Assembly (NCBI RefSeq): GCF_009914755.1
Contig: NC_060946.1
DNA: 64,000 bases
Reading direction: 5' to 3' (one strand)
Source of the DNA: the human T2T-CHM13v2.0 reference genome, Homo sapiens
This document shows positions 12,471-27,185 of the stretch, in pieces. Both the position numbers and the translations under genes were made by a program. Numbering within the stretch: position 1 is the first letter of the stretch; each line of letters opens with the position of its first letter. The notes under the pieces are model-generated. The model did no database searches. It worked only from the letters and a program-made list of their open reading frames with translations, and was not told the origin of the DNA.

Positions 12471-13002
12471 GTTTTGTTAGTAAGAAGGGCATCGCTAAGC
12501 CTGATGAGTGCTTTGTTTAGAATTCCCAGCTACCCTGGATTCCTCTCCAACCTCATGAACAGCTTCAGAAAAGAGGATCAGGACAACCGATGCTCCTCTC
12601 ATTGAAATGCCCGGATGTGGCAGAGAGGCAGGAAATATTTTGGGTCTGAGGACAGTGAGGATCATCACTGAGATGATCCTGCCCAAATGAAAACCACTCA
12701 GGGCCTCCAAGGGAGTTCAGCCATCAGCTCACTGGACTAGGTTTGGGATGCAACACTGACCTGCCCCGACCCAGAGTCATAATGAGCCAGGCCACCTCCA
12801 CCCACTGGGTCAGCTCATCTCCTCTTTATCTTTTCTCCTTCTGACCTGTGAGTACCCAGATCAGGGTGGACAAGTAAGAGACACATAGCAAGGTCTTATG
12901 TGAATACAGTGACTCTACCTTACGACGTTTTTGGGAGATACAAAGGTACTTAGAGGAGCTCAGTTTCCAAAGCAGTGCTCCAGGAAGCTGGAAATCTGCA
13001 CT

Positions 13003-13497
13003 ATGCTCTGGGCTCCTCTCCTCCATCTCCACCCTCACTATTCAGGTGAGAAAGAACCTCATGTCGGGGGATCCACACCCAGCTCTGCTCCATACCCCCT
13101 CACTCTCTGGCTCACTGGGTTGTAAACCTGCTCTCATGGCCCTCTCTGTCCCCCTGCAGTGTCTGTGGCCCAGGCAGGGCAGACTCAGCAGCTCTCTGTA
13201 TCCAAGGGCTTGGGATAGACAACCACACTCACCTGCACTGGGGACAGCAACAATGTTGGCAAAGATGGAGCTGTCTGGCTGCAGCAGCACCAGGGCCATG
13301 CCCCCAAACACCTGATCAACAGGAAAAACAGCCAACTCTCAGGGATCTCAGAGAGATTCCCTGGCTCCCGGTTAGGAACATGGCATCTCTGACCATCTCT
13401 GGCCTCCAGACCAAGGACAAGCCTGCCTATTACTGCTCAGCCTGGGACAGCAGCCTCAGTGCTCACACAGCGCCTCAGGGGAAGTGAGACGAAAACT
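13003..13497 (+). pseudogene. IGLV10-67: V-lambda pseudogene IGLV10-67
   Basis: Leader 13003-13045, acceptor 13158-13159. QAGQTQQLSVSKGLG*TTTLTCTGDSNNVGKDGAVWLQQHQGHAPK...YYCSAWDSSLSA is clearly IGLV10-type, with a stop and a frameshift. RSS CACAGCG-16-ACGAAAACT (13466-13497). Confidence 0.93.
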
Positions 13498-14666
13498 CAG
13501 GAGCTCCCCTAGCTTCACTCGGTATGCGGGGGCGTCATAGAGCACTGTTTAAACTAAACCAAAAATGACAAGGGCTGGTTTCCACGTGACAAAGTGTGTG
13601 CTATTCAAAACTATTAAAAATAATATCATAAGTTAAAATAACTAAATCTGCAGTATTAATGAATATTTATAGGAAACATTGTTGTGAATATATTTGTGGC
13701 TAGATACTTACATGAACATACACATGCATTAATCAGTAGTAAAAATGAATGCAAGGGTAAACTAAGGAAATATTTATTTTCCCAGATTTTCCTTCTCTTT
13801 TATTTGGAGATGCTGGACTAAATGCTCAGAGGTTCCGGTGGTCTGCCTTTGAGTGTGTGTTCAGCAGGGTCACCTCAACCTTATCCCACCTTCTTATGAC
13901 CTGGGCCCATGCCTGTCCTCTCATTAGAATCCCCTTTCCCTCTGTCACAGAGCTCTCTTTATTCCTTCTACAGACCCAGACTTGTTCCTCACACTTAGTT
14001 GAGGCTTCCTGGGCCCCACGTCCCTGTTTGCCCCCAACACCCACACAAGACAATGATCCCATGTGTGTGCTCTTGTTGTGCCCTTTCCTTATCCTCTGAC
14101 ATACCTCAGGCAGTATCTGGAAAGAACAAATGAAGTGGGAGCGTTAGCTTGTAGTTGAAAATGATTTTTGATATTTTGGGGAAAATATCTGGTTTAAAGA
14201 TAGTTTTCCATCGAGATAAAAATGCATGTGTGACAGCACCACATTTCTAATGGCGGACCAAAGCCCCCCACATCTTTGCCCCCCACATGGCTCCAGGGAC
14301 ATTGACTTGTTAATATACAACCCAGGAGAGAGCACTGTGTCCTATGCAACTGCAATGCAGAGGCAGGTTTCTGCCCGCTCCTCCAATGAAGTGAGTAGCA
14401 ACCCCAACCCCATCTTCACCCATCATTTAGATGACCCCCATACAACCACAACATAGAAACACATTGATCAAAGGGCCTTTTTCTCTTTGCAGAGACCCCT
14501 ATTTGTTTATTTGGCATGTGAGATTTTAGACTTTTACCAACAATTAAAATATACTTTATTAGAAAAGTTACACTTCTTAAGAAACTCTGATTCTTACTGT
14601 GAAGTTAATACCTAATGCATCCTATAAGCATAGTAAGTGGAAAATTGTTCTGTAAGGAGAAGATTA

Positions 14667-15067
<401 letters not shown>

Positions 15068-15988
15068 ATAAAGGAAATGTGAATACCTAGAGTTGATTAA
15101 ATTGTGGCCCCTCACCTTCAACACTCGAAAAGCTCAGAGTGGGTAGAAAAGCTTGTTGAGTTATCTTCTGATGTCATTGACAAGATAAATCAGGGACAAT
15201 AGAAGGAATATGTGGAAAGAGGTGCCAGAGGCTAGAGGGGAAAGTGTGAAGTAGCCAGCAGAGAGGAGCCTGCTGGCTGACTACTTGTGTTAGTAGTAGC
15301 AGGTGGTGTTGACGCCATCTCCCAGGGGAAAACCCTGGGAAACAGGAAAGCTAAAAGCAGGCTCACCATCCTCATCCCTAACAGAACCACTGAAGTGAGC
15401 ACACCAGAGTGTGGGGTTCCCTCCCGGCTCTTCAGATGACATTGTTATTTGGCACCAAGCTGATGTTAGTATGTTCTTTATAAATATATATTGCACAAAG
15501 AATTGCATAAAACCTTCAATAATTTAATGAGGACTTTCTCACTTAAAAAGGTTTTTATGTCTCTTCTGTGGCCCCCATAGGTAGCCGGGGATCCCTCACT
15601 GCATTTCAGTCTGACAACTCATCACATGGACAGAGTCCACCGTGTGTGACTGTGTGTCTGTGATAATAGGTGGCAAAGCTTCACTGTCATAGCCGCACCT
15701 GCTTCATTGCCTGGTGCTTGCCTTTCTGAAATAGGAAAATAAACTCTTACCAATGTGTCATAATTAGGTTCTATTTAAAATCTCCTACCAAAGTTAAGAG
15801 CAGCCTGCACAACTGGTCCACAAAATGAGAAACCTCCAATTTATTTGGACTCTTTTCTCTACCCTACCCAGTGATCCAACTGGTCACCAGCCATGTGGAT
15901 TCTCTCTCCAAAACGCTTTTAAATTCAACTCTCCTGTTTACTTTCCATTCTCATGTCTTATGTCAAATATTCATGTCACTTACCTAGT

Positions 15989-16149
15989 TCTGATCAGTTC
16001 TCTGGCTCCATGGACAGCTCCCCCAACTCTGCCTCCCTGACCGTCTCTGGGCTGCGGATTGGAGATGAGGCTGACTTCTCCTGTCAGTCTCATGATGAAA
16101 GCTACAATCTCACAGTGCTGCAGGCCCATTGGGCAGTGACAGGAAAACT
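15989..16149 (+). pseudogene. 3' fragment of an IGLV6-type V segment with a 23-RSS
   Basis: SDQFSGSMDSSPNSASLTVSGLRIGDEADFSCQSHDESYN; CACAGTG (16111-16117)-23-AGGAAAACT (16141-16149). Confidence 0.88.
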
Positions 16150-16364
16150 CCCCAGAGCGCCCTCACCCTGAGTCTGCCATCAGCCTCTCCCCACCAGCAT
16201 GGGTTGCTTTTTCCTGTCCCCTGTTTGAATGTTTGAATTCAAATTTTCTGTTTATGTGTCTCTCTATTTTCTTTCCAAAATACACAACTTTTTCTTTCTT
16301 GTCTTCATGGATGGTTTTTCTGGTCCCTGTGAAATTACTTTATGAAGAATATTTAGTTTAAAAC

Positions 16365-16590
16365 ATGGCTTCTGAACATTGTCATTTTAACATTGTGCAC
16401 TGGGTCATTCATTGTGTGAGGGGGGCTGTTCTGTTCATGGTTGGACATTTATAAGATTATTGGGACTCACACATCAGATGCCTATAGCACCCTAATTCCC
16501 AAATTCTAACAAACAAGCAAAAAATGTAGACATTGCAAAATATCCTAGGGAGACAGCACTGCAGAATCACCCTTGTCTGAGAACCACTGG
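16365..16590. mobile_element. MER20-like hAT MITE
   Basis: gggggctgttctgttcat...agatgcctatagcacc...gacattgcaaaatatcc...tgagaaccactgg. Confidence 0.75.
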
Positions 16591-17059
16591 ATTAAAAGGA
16601 CATGGTTTCACGTATTGGGCAGCCTTTTGTGTTGAACCCTCCTTATCCCATTCCACTGAATATAAGGCTACATGCATTATATCTCGATAGTTCCAAATTT
16701 CCTCTTAAACAAATGTGTGGGATACAACTCCAAAGGTTATGTTGACAGATGAATAATCCTCTGAACACCATTAGTTCAGAAAACCTGCTACCCAATGTAC
16801 AGCATCTCTTGCTGACCAGAGTGTGGAGTGAAACATTTGACCAAACTGTGTGCATAATTGCTAATTCAAATTTTTAGGTAAAACACCTAAAACATAACAC
16901 ATTCTTCTCTACTTATCCTCTTAGGGGTTGCTTTTCAAGCATGGTGTACAAAATTATGACAAGGCCTCGTATGTGTGGAGTTTACATTTTAGAATGGGTA
17001 GACGACAGTAGACAAGAGCAGCCTCAGAACTGAGCAGTCAGTGAAGTCCTTTTTTTAGC

Positions 17060-17325
17060 CCTAGCGCTGGATGCAAATTTTACCAGCTGCCATTTGTGTT
17101 TTTGGGCTTGCTCCACCCAGTACAGTCCCCATGAACTGCATGTTGATATGTATATTTCAAAGTTAATTAATTAAAACTAAATAAACTTTAAAAAATATTC
17201 CTCAGCCACACCAGCTTCATTTCACCTGCCTCCTGGACTCATGCTCTCCATCCATGGCTCTCATGCTGGAGAGTTCAGACACAGGGCATCTCCACCATGG
17301 CATAAAGTTCTACTGCAGAGCACAG
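17060..17325. mobile_element. MER3/MER33-like hAT MITE
   Basis: aattaaaactaaataaac...catctccaccatggcataaagttctactgcagagcac terminal pattern. Confidence 0.55.
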
Positions 17326-17829
17326 TCTGTGACAATCTATTTAACACTTCCTTAGGCCAGTTTCTTCATTACCTGTAATGGGGATATAGTAACACTCAAG
17401 TTCTCTTCACAGTCTGGAACACTATTCTCTGTGGGAGTATTACCTCGGCCCCTTCTTCCTACAGAACGGAGGAGTGATAATGTAACTAGTATTGGCCAAT
17501 AAGATGAACAGAAATGAGAGGTGTAATTTCTGAGCAGTAGATGTAAGATTAGCCTGTGCTTTGTCAAGTTCTATCATCTCTGACGTAACACCCACAGTGT
17601 TCTCACAGAATTCTCTCAACCATCCTGCATCCTGGGATGAAGGTGAAGTGAACTGAAGCCCCAAGCATTTCAATCAGAGATGGGAATGGTGGAGGAGTGA
17701 GAAATATACATTCGTTGTGAGTCACCAAGATTTCTGTCAATTTCTCACTGCATCCAAGCCTAGCCAGTACTGAGTGCTATGGAAATTATAAGTGAATGTG
17801 GGGAGCCACAATGACAAAATTAACATCTA

Positions 17830-18022
17830 TCTATAAATATATATAATATATATTAATTACATTATATCATATACTAATATTAATATATAATAAATATATA
17901 ATATATAACACTTACATATTATATAAGTATATAATATATAACACTTACATATTATATAAGTATATAATATACAATAATTAATCTATATTACATATAATAT
18001 ATTAATATAAATATATATACAT
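17830..18022. repeat. AT-rich simple repeat containing a perfect 33-bp tandem duplication
   Basis: TATATAATATATAACACTTACATATTATATAAG at 17895-17927 and 17928-17960. Confidence 0.9.
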
Positions 18023-19124
18023 AATTTGATTTGATGCAATACTGTGAACATTTAGTAGACTACGGAGATTGCATGATGTTTCATTTTATTCATTGGCAAA
18101 TATTTAATTAAGCTGTCACCATAATAAACATTAAAACACACAGAATTGACAAAATAATTCTCCTGAGCTGTGGATATACAAGTTAGACAACTGATTAGAA
18201 GCATAGGTTCACTCCTGTGCCATTTGTGGAATTTTTACAACTTATTTACTTTAAGTGATGATTTTAAGCATAATTGGTTTTTGTTCTTGCTTTTTATTTA
18301 TTCAAGCAGAAGAAAGACACAAGAATGATAACCCACATACATACAGAGTAGTAGAATGGCAAGAGCTAATTATTCTCAAACACAAATTCTTAAAGATAAA
18401 TGTAAAATATTTGAATTAAACATTTTGCTATCCAAAAAAAGGTATGCCGTTTTTTTCCTGAGTACTCCAGGGCAGGAAAGTATATTCATCAATCCCCCTG
18501 GTGTCCGCTTTCTTAACACATTGTTCATATTGGTATATATTTTTTTCTTATTACTTAACTTACTCATCCTATATATTGTGTTTCCTAAATATATTTCAAA
18601 TTCATTCTCAGCCTTGTGATTTCCCTCGCCCTCATTATGTCCCATGTCCTGCTGGGGCTCCCCCATACCACCCCTCTCCTCATCTGTAATGCCCCCTCCC
18701 AGTTCCTGCCCTCCTGGGAACTGCTGTGCTCTTTTCTGCCCTGAGCCTTGTTACCTCCTTCTTGTACTACCTATTTGTCTCAGTGAGCTCCTCTTCCATT
18801 CTTCAAAGGCTCCAGAGCCCTAGAGAAGAGCATCATCTCAAAAAATTTCCCAAGAAGCTGCAAGTAATGAGAGTGTCTAAGACCACTCTTTCTGCTTTAT
18901 GGCAATTTTATATTTAACGTGGTATTGAGTCTTGCTGAATTTTCAGTCTGAAGTCATAATGTGCTCAAATATACAAATTCCAGAGACACAGAGCAGAATG
19001 GTGGCTGCCAGGAGCTGAGGGGAGGAGGAAATGGGGAGTTGCTGGTCAACAGGTGTAAAGTTTTAGTTATGCAAGAATATGTTATAAAGATGTGCTGTGC
19101 AACACTTATCTAAATATTAATTAT

Positions 19125-20520
19125 TAATCAAACAAAAAATTCAAAATTATTAACACACATTTCCCCCTGGGTTTACTGGACAGATGATTTTATATTTGTC
19201 TCTGCTAAGTAGACTAAGGTGTAAGGATTTGGCACAAAAGTTGTAAACCACAAACCCAGCCAAAAACAAAATATTCTTTATACAGTTTTTCAATAAATAA
19301 AATTAATTTAATATTGCTAGTTTAATAAAATAGCTGTGTCTTCTAAGTTATAGATAAATTTTGCATATTTTTCACTTTAAGGATCTTACTTAGGTAAACA
19401 ACTGCATATACCAACTACTAATATTACTAAGAAAAAATGATTTAGAGAAATAAAAATAATTTTCTTGTGTCTCAGTTTTCACATATAATCTAAATAAATT
19501 TTTAAGTAACTAAATTAGATGAATATAAATGAAGTAAAAACTTCTATCTAAACTTTTTGTATAATTTAAAATCTTAAAAAATAAATTAAATAATAGGTAC
19601 TCTTAAAAAAGTGTAGGTCATTTAAAATTAAAAATATATATTTTGGATATAGTTATAAAAATATTAAAATAGTTCTCATGTATAAAAGATGAATTTATGA
19701 GAGACAGTTCAAAGTTTCTTACATCCTAGGTTTTGAGTAAAAATTATTGTTAAAATAATTAAAAATTCTAATTAATATATAATTCAATATATAAAATAAG
19801 ACAAAAATAAAAATACTAAATATATGTTTTTAAGTTAAAAAAGCAAAGTCATAAAATATATGCTTTATTAAAATAATTTTGCCAAGTTAAGATGTTATAT
19901 AATGGTTACTTATAAAGCAATATAAAATAAATTAGAGAGATATAAAATATTATAAATATAGATATCTTTTTGTAAAAAACATTAGAACATAATTTTATAT
20001 TGAACAATCTTATATAATTTTTGTCCTAAAATAAGATGATTTACTATTTTAAGAAGACAAATCAAAATGTCCCAACAAGTCTTAGTCTATGTAAATTATA
20101 ATAAAATACATTTGGGAATTATGTCCCAACATATCTTACTCTATGTAAATTATAGTAAAATACATTTGGGAATTATTTAATAAAATTAAGTATAATTAAC
20201 AGGACTATAATTTTAAAAATTATGTCTTCCTAAATATTAAACTTTAATATTGAAAATACACAAATACAAAACTGAATATTTTGATTTTCTATGTCCAAAC
20301 ACAGTTTTCTTAATATTAATTTACTCTAAATAAAAGATTTAAACATTGATTTTTAATTTTAACATCTATTTCTCTTTAAAACTTCTCAAAATTACACTTC
20401 AAAAGTTCAAATTTTGTTAATATTTTCACACATAATTTACAGACTTTTATTGTCATACCTTTCAAAAAAATGTAATTTTTTTACTTCACTGGGACAATAA
20501 CTCTTTTCTTTAACCTTTTT
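19125..20520 (+). mobile_element. MER4-group (ERV1) internal-sequence fragment, extremely A/T-rich
   Basis: Motifs cccagccaaaaac, ctttaaggatcttacttaggtaaacaactg, gacagttcaaag...cctaggtttt and ctgggacaataactc...aaccttttt resemble MER4-group internal consensus as recalled. Confidence 0.65.
20067..20174. repeat. 54-bp tandem duplication (2 copies, 4 mismatches)
   Basis: atgtcccaac...tacatttgggaatt at 20067-20120 and 20121-20174. Confidence 0.9.
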
Positions 20521-21651
20521 TTAAATTATTATACTTTAAGTTTTAGGGTACATGTGCACAACGTGCAGGTTTGTTACATAGGTATACATGTGCTATGTTG
20601 GTTTGCTGCACCCATCAATTCCTCATTTATATTAGGTATTTCTCCTAATGCTATCTCTCCCCCAGCCCCCCACCCCCAAACAAGCCCTGGTGTGTGATGT
20701 TCCCTGCCCTGTGTCCATGTGTTCTCCTTGTTCAACTCCCACTTATGAGTGAGAACATGCGGTGTTTGGTTTTCTGTCCTTGTGACAGTTTGCTTAGAAT
20801 GATGGCTTCCAGCTTCATCCATGTCACTACAAAGGACATGAACTCATCCTTTTTTATGGCTGCATAGTATTCCATGGTGCATATATGCCACATTTTCTTA
20901 ATCCAGTCTATCAGTGATGGACATTTGGGTTGGTTCCAAGTCTTTGCTATTGTGAATAGTGCCATAATAAACACACATGTGCATGTGTCTTTATAGTAGC
21001 ATGATTCATAATCCTTTGGGTACATACCCAGTAATGGGATGGCTGAGTCAAATGGTATTTCTAGTTCTAGATCCTTGAGGAATCACCACACTGTCTTCCA
21101 CAATGGTTGAACTAGTTTACAGTCCCACCAACAGTGTAAAAGCGTTCCTATTTCTCCACATCCTCTCCAGCATCTGTTGTTTCCTAACTTTTTAATGATC
21201 AACATTCTAACTGGTGTGAAATGGTATCTCATTGTGGTTTTGATTTGTATTTATCTGATGACCAGTGATGATGAGCATTTTTTCATGTCTGTTGGCTGCA
21301 TAAATGTCTTATTTTGAGAAGTGTTTGTTCATATCTTTTACCCACTTTTCAATGGGGTTGTTTGCTTTTTCTTGTAAATTTGTTTAAGTTCTTTGTAGAT
21401 TCTGGATATTAGCCCTTTGTCAGGTGGGTAGATTGCAAAGATTTTCTCCCATTCTGTAGGTTGCCTGTTCACTCTGATAATAGCTTCTTTTGCTGTGCAG
21501 AAGCTCTTTAGTTTAATTAGATCCCACTTGTCAATTTTGGCTTTTGTTGCCATTGCTTTTGGTATTTTAGTCATGAAGTCTTTGCCCATGCCAATGTCCT
21601 GAATGGTATTGCCTAGGTTTTCTTCTAGGGTTTTTTATGGTGTTAGGTCTT

Positions 21652-22098
<447 letters not shown>

Positions 22099-23340
22099 TC
22101 ATTGCTTTTTTTAGTCAGGTTTGTCAAAAATCAGATGATTGTAGATGCGTGGTGTTATTTCTGAGGCCTCTGTTCTGTTCCATTCGTCTATATATATGTT
22201 TTGGTACCAGTACCATGCTGTTTTGGTTACTGTAGACTTGTAGTATAGTTTGAAGTCAGGTAGCATGATGCCTCCAGCTTTGTTCTTTTTGCTTAGGATT
22301 GTCTTGGCTATGCAGGCTCTTTTTAGGTTCCATATGAACTTTAAAGTAGTTTTTTCCAATTCTGTGAAGAAAGTCAGTGGTAGCTTGATGGGGATAGCAT
22401 TGAATCTATAAATTACCTTGGGCAGTATGGCCATTTTCATGATATTGGTTATTCTTATCTATAAGCATGGAATGTTCTTCCATTTGTTTGTGTCCCCTTT
22501 TATTTCATCGAGCAGTGGTTTGTAGTTCTCCTTGAAGAGGTCCTTCACATTCCTTGTAAGTTGGATTCCTAGGTATTTTATTCTCTTTGTATTAATTGTG
22601 AGTGGGAGTTCACTCATGATTTGGCTCTCTGTTAGTCTACTATTGGTGTATAGGAATGCTTGTGATTTTTGCACATTGATTTTGTATCCTGTGACCTTAC
22701 TGAAGTTGCTAATTAGCTTATGGAGATTTTGGGCTGAGATGATGGGGTTTTCCAAATATACAATCTTGTCATCTGCAAACGGAGACAATTTGACTTCGTC
22801 TTTTCCCAGTTGAATACCCTTTATTTCTTTCTCTTGCCTGATTGCTCTAGCCAGAACTTCCAACACTGTGTTGAATAGGAGAGGGCATCCTTGTCTTGTG
22901 CTGGTTTTCAAACAGAATGCTTCCAGTTTTTGCCCATTCAGTATGATATTGGCTGTGGGTTTGTCATAAATAGCTCTTATTATTTTGAGATATATTCCAT
23001 CAATACCTAGTTTATTGAGAGTTTTTAGCATGAAGGGCTGTTGAATTTTGTCGAAGGCCTTTTCTGCATCTATTGAGGTAATCATGTGGTTTTTGTCGCT
23101 GGTTCTGTTTATGTGATGGATTACATTTATTGATTTGCATATGTTGAACCAGCCTTGCACCCTAGGGATGAAGCTGACTTGATCGTGGTGGATAACCTTT
23201 TTGATGTGCTGTTGGATTTGGTTTGCCAGTATTTTATTGAGGATTTTCGCATCAATGTTCATCAGGGATATTGGCCTAAAATTCTCTTTTTTTGTTGTGT
23301 CTCTACCAGGCTTTGGTATCAAGATGATGCTAGCCTCCTA

Positions 23341-24010
<670 letters not shown>

Positions 24011-25412
24011 CTAGTACGTTGTGTCTTTGTTCTCATTGGTTTCAAATAACGTCTTTATTTCTGCCTTCATTTCGTTATGTACCCAGTAGTCATTCAGGAG
24101 CAGGTTTTTCAGTTTCCATGTAGTTGAGTGGTTTTGAGTGAGTTTCTTAATCCTGAGTTCTAGTTTGATTGCACTGTGGTCCGAGAGACAGTTTTTTGTG
24201 ATTTCTTTTCTTTTACATTTGCTGAGGAGTGTTTTACTACCAATTATGTGGTCAATTTTAGAATAAGTGCGATGTGGTGCTGAGAAGAATGCATATTCTG
24301 TTGATTTGGGGTGTAGAGTTCTGTAGGTGTCTATTAGGTCTGCATGGTCCAGAGCTGAGCTCAAGTCCTGGATATCCTTGTTAACCTTCTGTCTCATTGA
24401 TCTGTCTAATATTGACAGTAGGATGTTAAAGCCTTCCATTATTATTGTGTGGGAGTCTAAGTCTCTTTGTAGGTCTCTAAGGACTTGCTTTATGAATCTG
24501 GGTGCTCCTGTATTGGGTGCATATATATTTAGGATAGTTAGCTCTTCTTGTTGAATTGATCCCTTTACTATTATGTAGTGGCTTTCTTTGTCTCTTTTGA
24601 TCTTTGTTGGTTTAAAGTCTGTTTTATCAAAGACTAGGATTGCAACCCCTGCTTTTTTTTTGCTTTCCATTTGCTTGGTAGATCTTCCTCCATCCCTTTA
24701 TTTTGAGCCTATGTGTGTCTTTGCACATGAGATGGGTCTCCTGGATACAGCACACTGATGGGTCTTGACTCTTTATCCAATTTGCCAGTCTGTGTCTTTT
24801 AATTGGGGCATTTGGCCCATTTACATTTAAGGTTAATATTGTTGGGTTTGAATTTCATCCTGTCATTATGATGTTAGCTGGTTATTTTGCCCGTTAATGA
24901 TGCAGTTTCTTCATAGCTTCAATGGTCTTTACCATTTGGCATGTTTTTGCAGTGGCTGGAACCTGTTGTTCCTTTCCATGTTTAGTACTTCCTTCAGGAG
25001 CTCTTGTAAGGCAGGCCTAGTGGTAACAAAATCTCTCAGCATTTGCTTGCCTGTAAAATATTTTATTTCTCCTTCACTTATTAAGCTTAGTTTGGCTGGA
25101 TATGAGATTCTGGTTTGAAAATTCTTTTCTTTAAGAATATTGAATATTGGCCCCCACTCTCTTCTGGCTTGTATGGTTTCTGCTGAGAGATCCACTGTTA
25201 GTCTGATGGGCTTCCATTTGTAGGTAACCTGACCTTTCTCTCTGGGTGCTTTTAACATTTTTTCCTTGATTTCAACCTTGGTGAATCTGACAATTATGTG
25301 TCTTGGGATTGCTCTTCTTGGGGAGTATCTTTGTGGTGCTCTCTGTATTTCCTGAATATGAATGTTGGCCTGCCTTGCTAGGTTGAGTAAGTTCTCCTGG
25401 ATAATATCCTGA

Positions 25413-25724
<312 letters not shown>

Positions 25725-26858
25725 CTGAAGAGTGTTTTCTAACTTGGTTCCATTCTCCCCGTCACTCTCTGGTACAACAATCAAACATATATTTGGTCTT
25801 TTCCCGTAGTCCCATATTTTTTGGAGGCTTTGTTCATTTCTTTTCACTCTTTTTTCTCTAATCTTGTCTTCTTTGTTTATTTCATTAATTTGATCTTCAA
25901 TCACTGATATCGTTTCTTCCACTTGATTGAATCGGCTATTGAAGCTTGTGCATGCGTCACGAAGTTCTCATGCCATGGTTTTCAGCTCCATCAGGTCATT
26001 TAAGGTCTTCTCTACACTGTTTGTTCTAGTTAGCCATTCGTCTAACCTTTTTCAAGGTTTTTAGCTTCCTTGCGATGGGTTAGAACATGCTCCTTTAGCT
26101 CAGAGAAGTTCGTTATTACCGACCTTCTGAAGCCTACTTCTGTCAACTCGTCAAACTCATTCTCTGTCCAGTTTTGTTCCCTTGCTGGCGAGGAGCTGTG
26201 GTCCTTTGGAGGAGAAGAGGCACTCTGTTTTTTGGAATTTTCAGCTTGTCTGCTCTGGTTTCTCCCCATCTTTATGGTTTTATCTACCTTTGGTCTTTGA
26301 TGTTGGTGACCTACAGATGGGGTTTTGGTGTAGATGTCCTTTCTGTTGATGTTGATGCCATTCCTTTCCGTTTGTTAGTTTTCCTTCTAACAGTCAGACC
26401 CCTCGGCTGCAGGTCTGTTGGAGTTTGCTGGAGGTCCACTCCAGACCCTGATTGCCTGGGTATCACCAGCATAGGCTGCAGATCAGTAAATATTGCTACC
26501 TGATACTTCCTCTGGAAGCTTCGTCCCAGAGGGGCACCGCCTGTTTGAGACGTCTGTCGGCCCCTACTGGGAGGTGTTTCCCAGTCAGGTTACATGGGTG
26601 TCAGAGACCCGCTTGAGGAGGCAGTCTGTCCATTCTCAGAGCTCGAACACCATGTTGAGAGAACCACTGCTCTCTTCAGAGCTGTCAGACAGGGACGTTT
26701 AAGTCTGCAGAAGCTGTCTGCTGCCTTTTGTTCTACTATGCCCTCCCCCAGAGGTGGAATCTACAGAGGCAGTAGGCCTTGCTGAGCTGTGGTGGGCTCT
26801 GCCCAGTTCATGCTTCCCTGCCTCTTTGTTTACACTGTGAGCTACTCAAGCCTCAGCA

Positions 26859-27185
26859 ATGGCAGGTGCCCCTCCCCCCATCAAGCTGCAGTGTCACAGG
26901 TTGATCTCAGACCGCTGCACTAGTAGTGAGCAAGGCTCTGTGGGCCTGGGACCTGCTGAGCCAGGCAACGGGAGGGTATCTCCTGGTCTGCCGGTTGCTA
27001 AGACTGTGGGAAAAGCGCAGTATTTGGTCAGGAGTGTACCATTTCTCCCAGTACAGTCTGTCAGGCTTCCCTTGGCTAGGAAAGGGGAATCCCCCGACCC
27101 CTTGTGCTTCCCGGGTGAGGTGACACCCCACCATGCTTCAGCTCTTTGGGTTGCACCCACTGTCCAACTAGTCCCAATGAGATGA
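26859..27185 (+). CDS. L1 ORF0 homologue (antisense ORF of the L1 5' UTR), 108 aa open
   Basis: MAGAPPPIKLQCHRLISDRCTSSEQGSVGLGPAEPG resembles the primate ORF0 N-terminus MAGAPPPASLPPCSLISDCCASNQRDSVGVGPSEPG; expression unknown. Confidence 0.6.
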   Translation: MAGAPPPIKLQCHRLISDRCTSSEQGSVGLGPAEPGNGRVSPGLPVAKTVGKAQYLVRSVPFLPVQSVRLPLARKGESPDPLCFPGEVTPHHASALWVAPTVQLVPMR

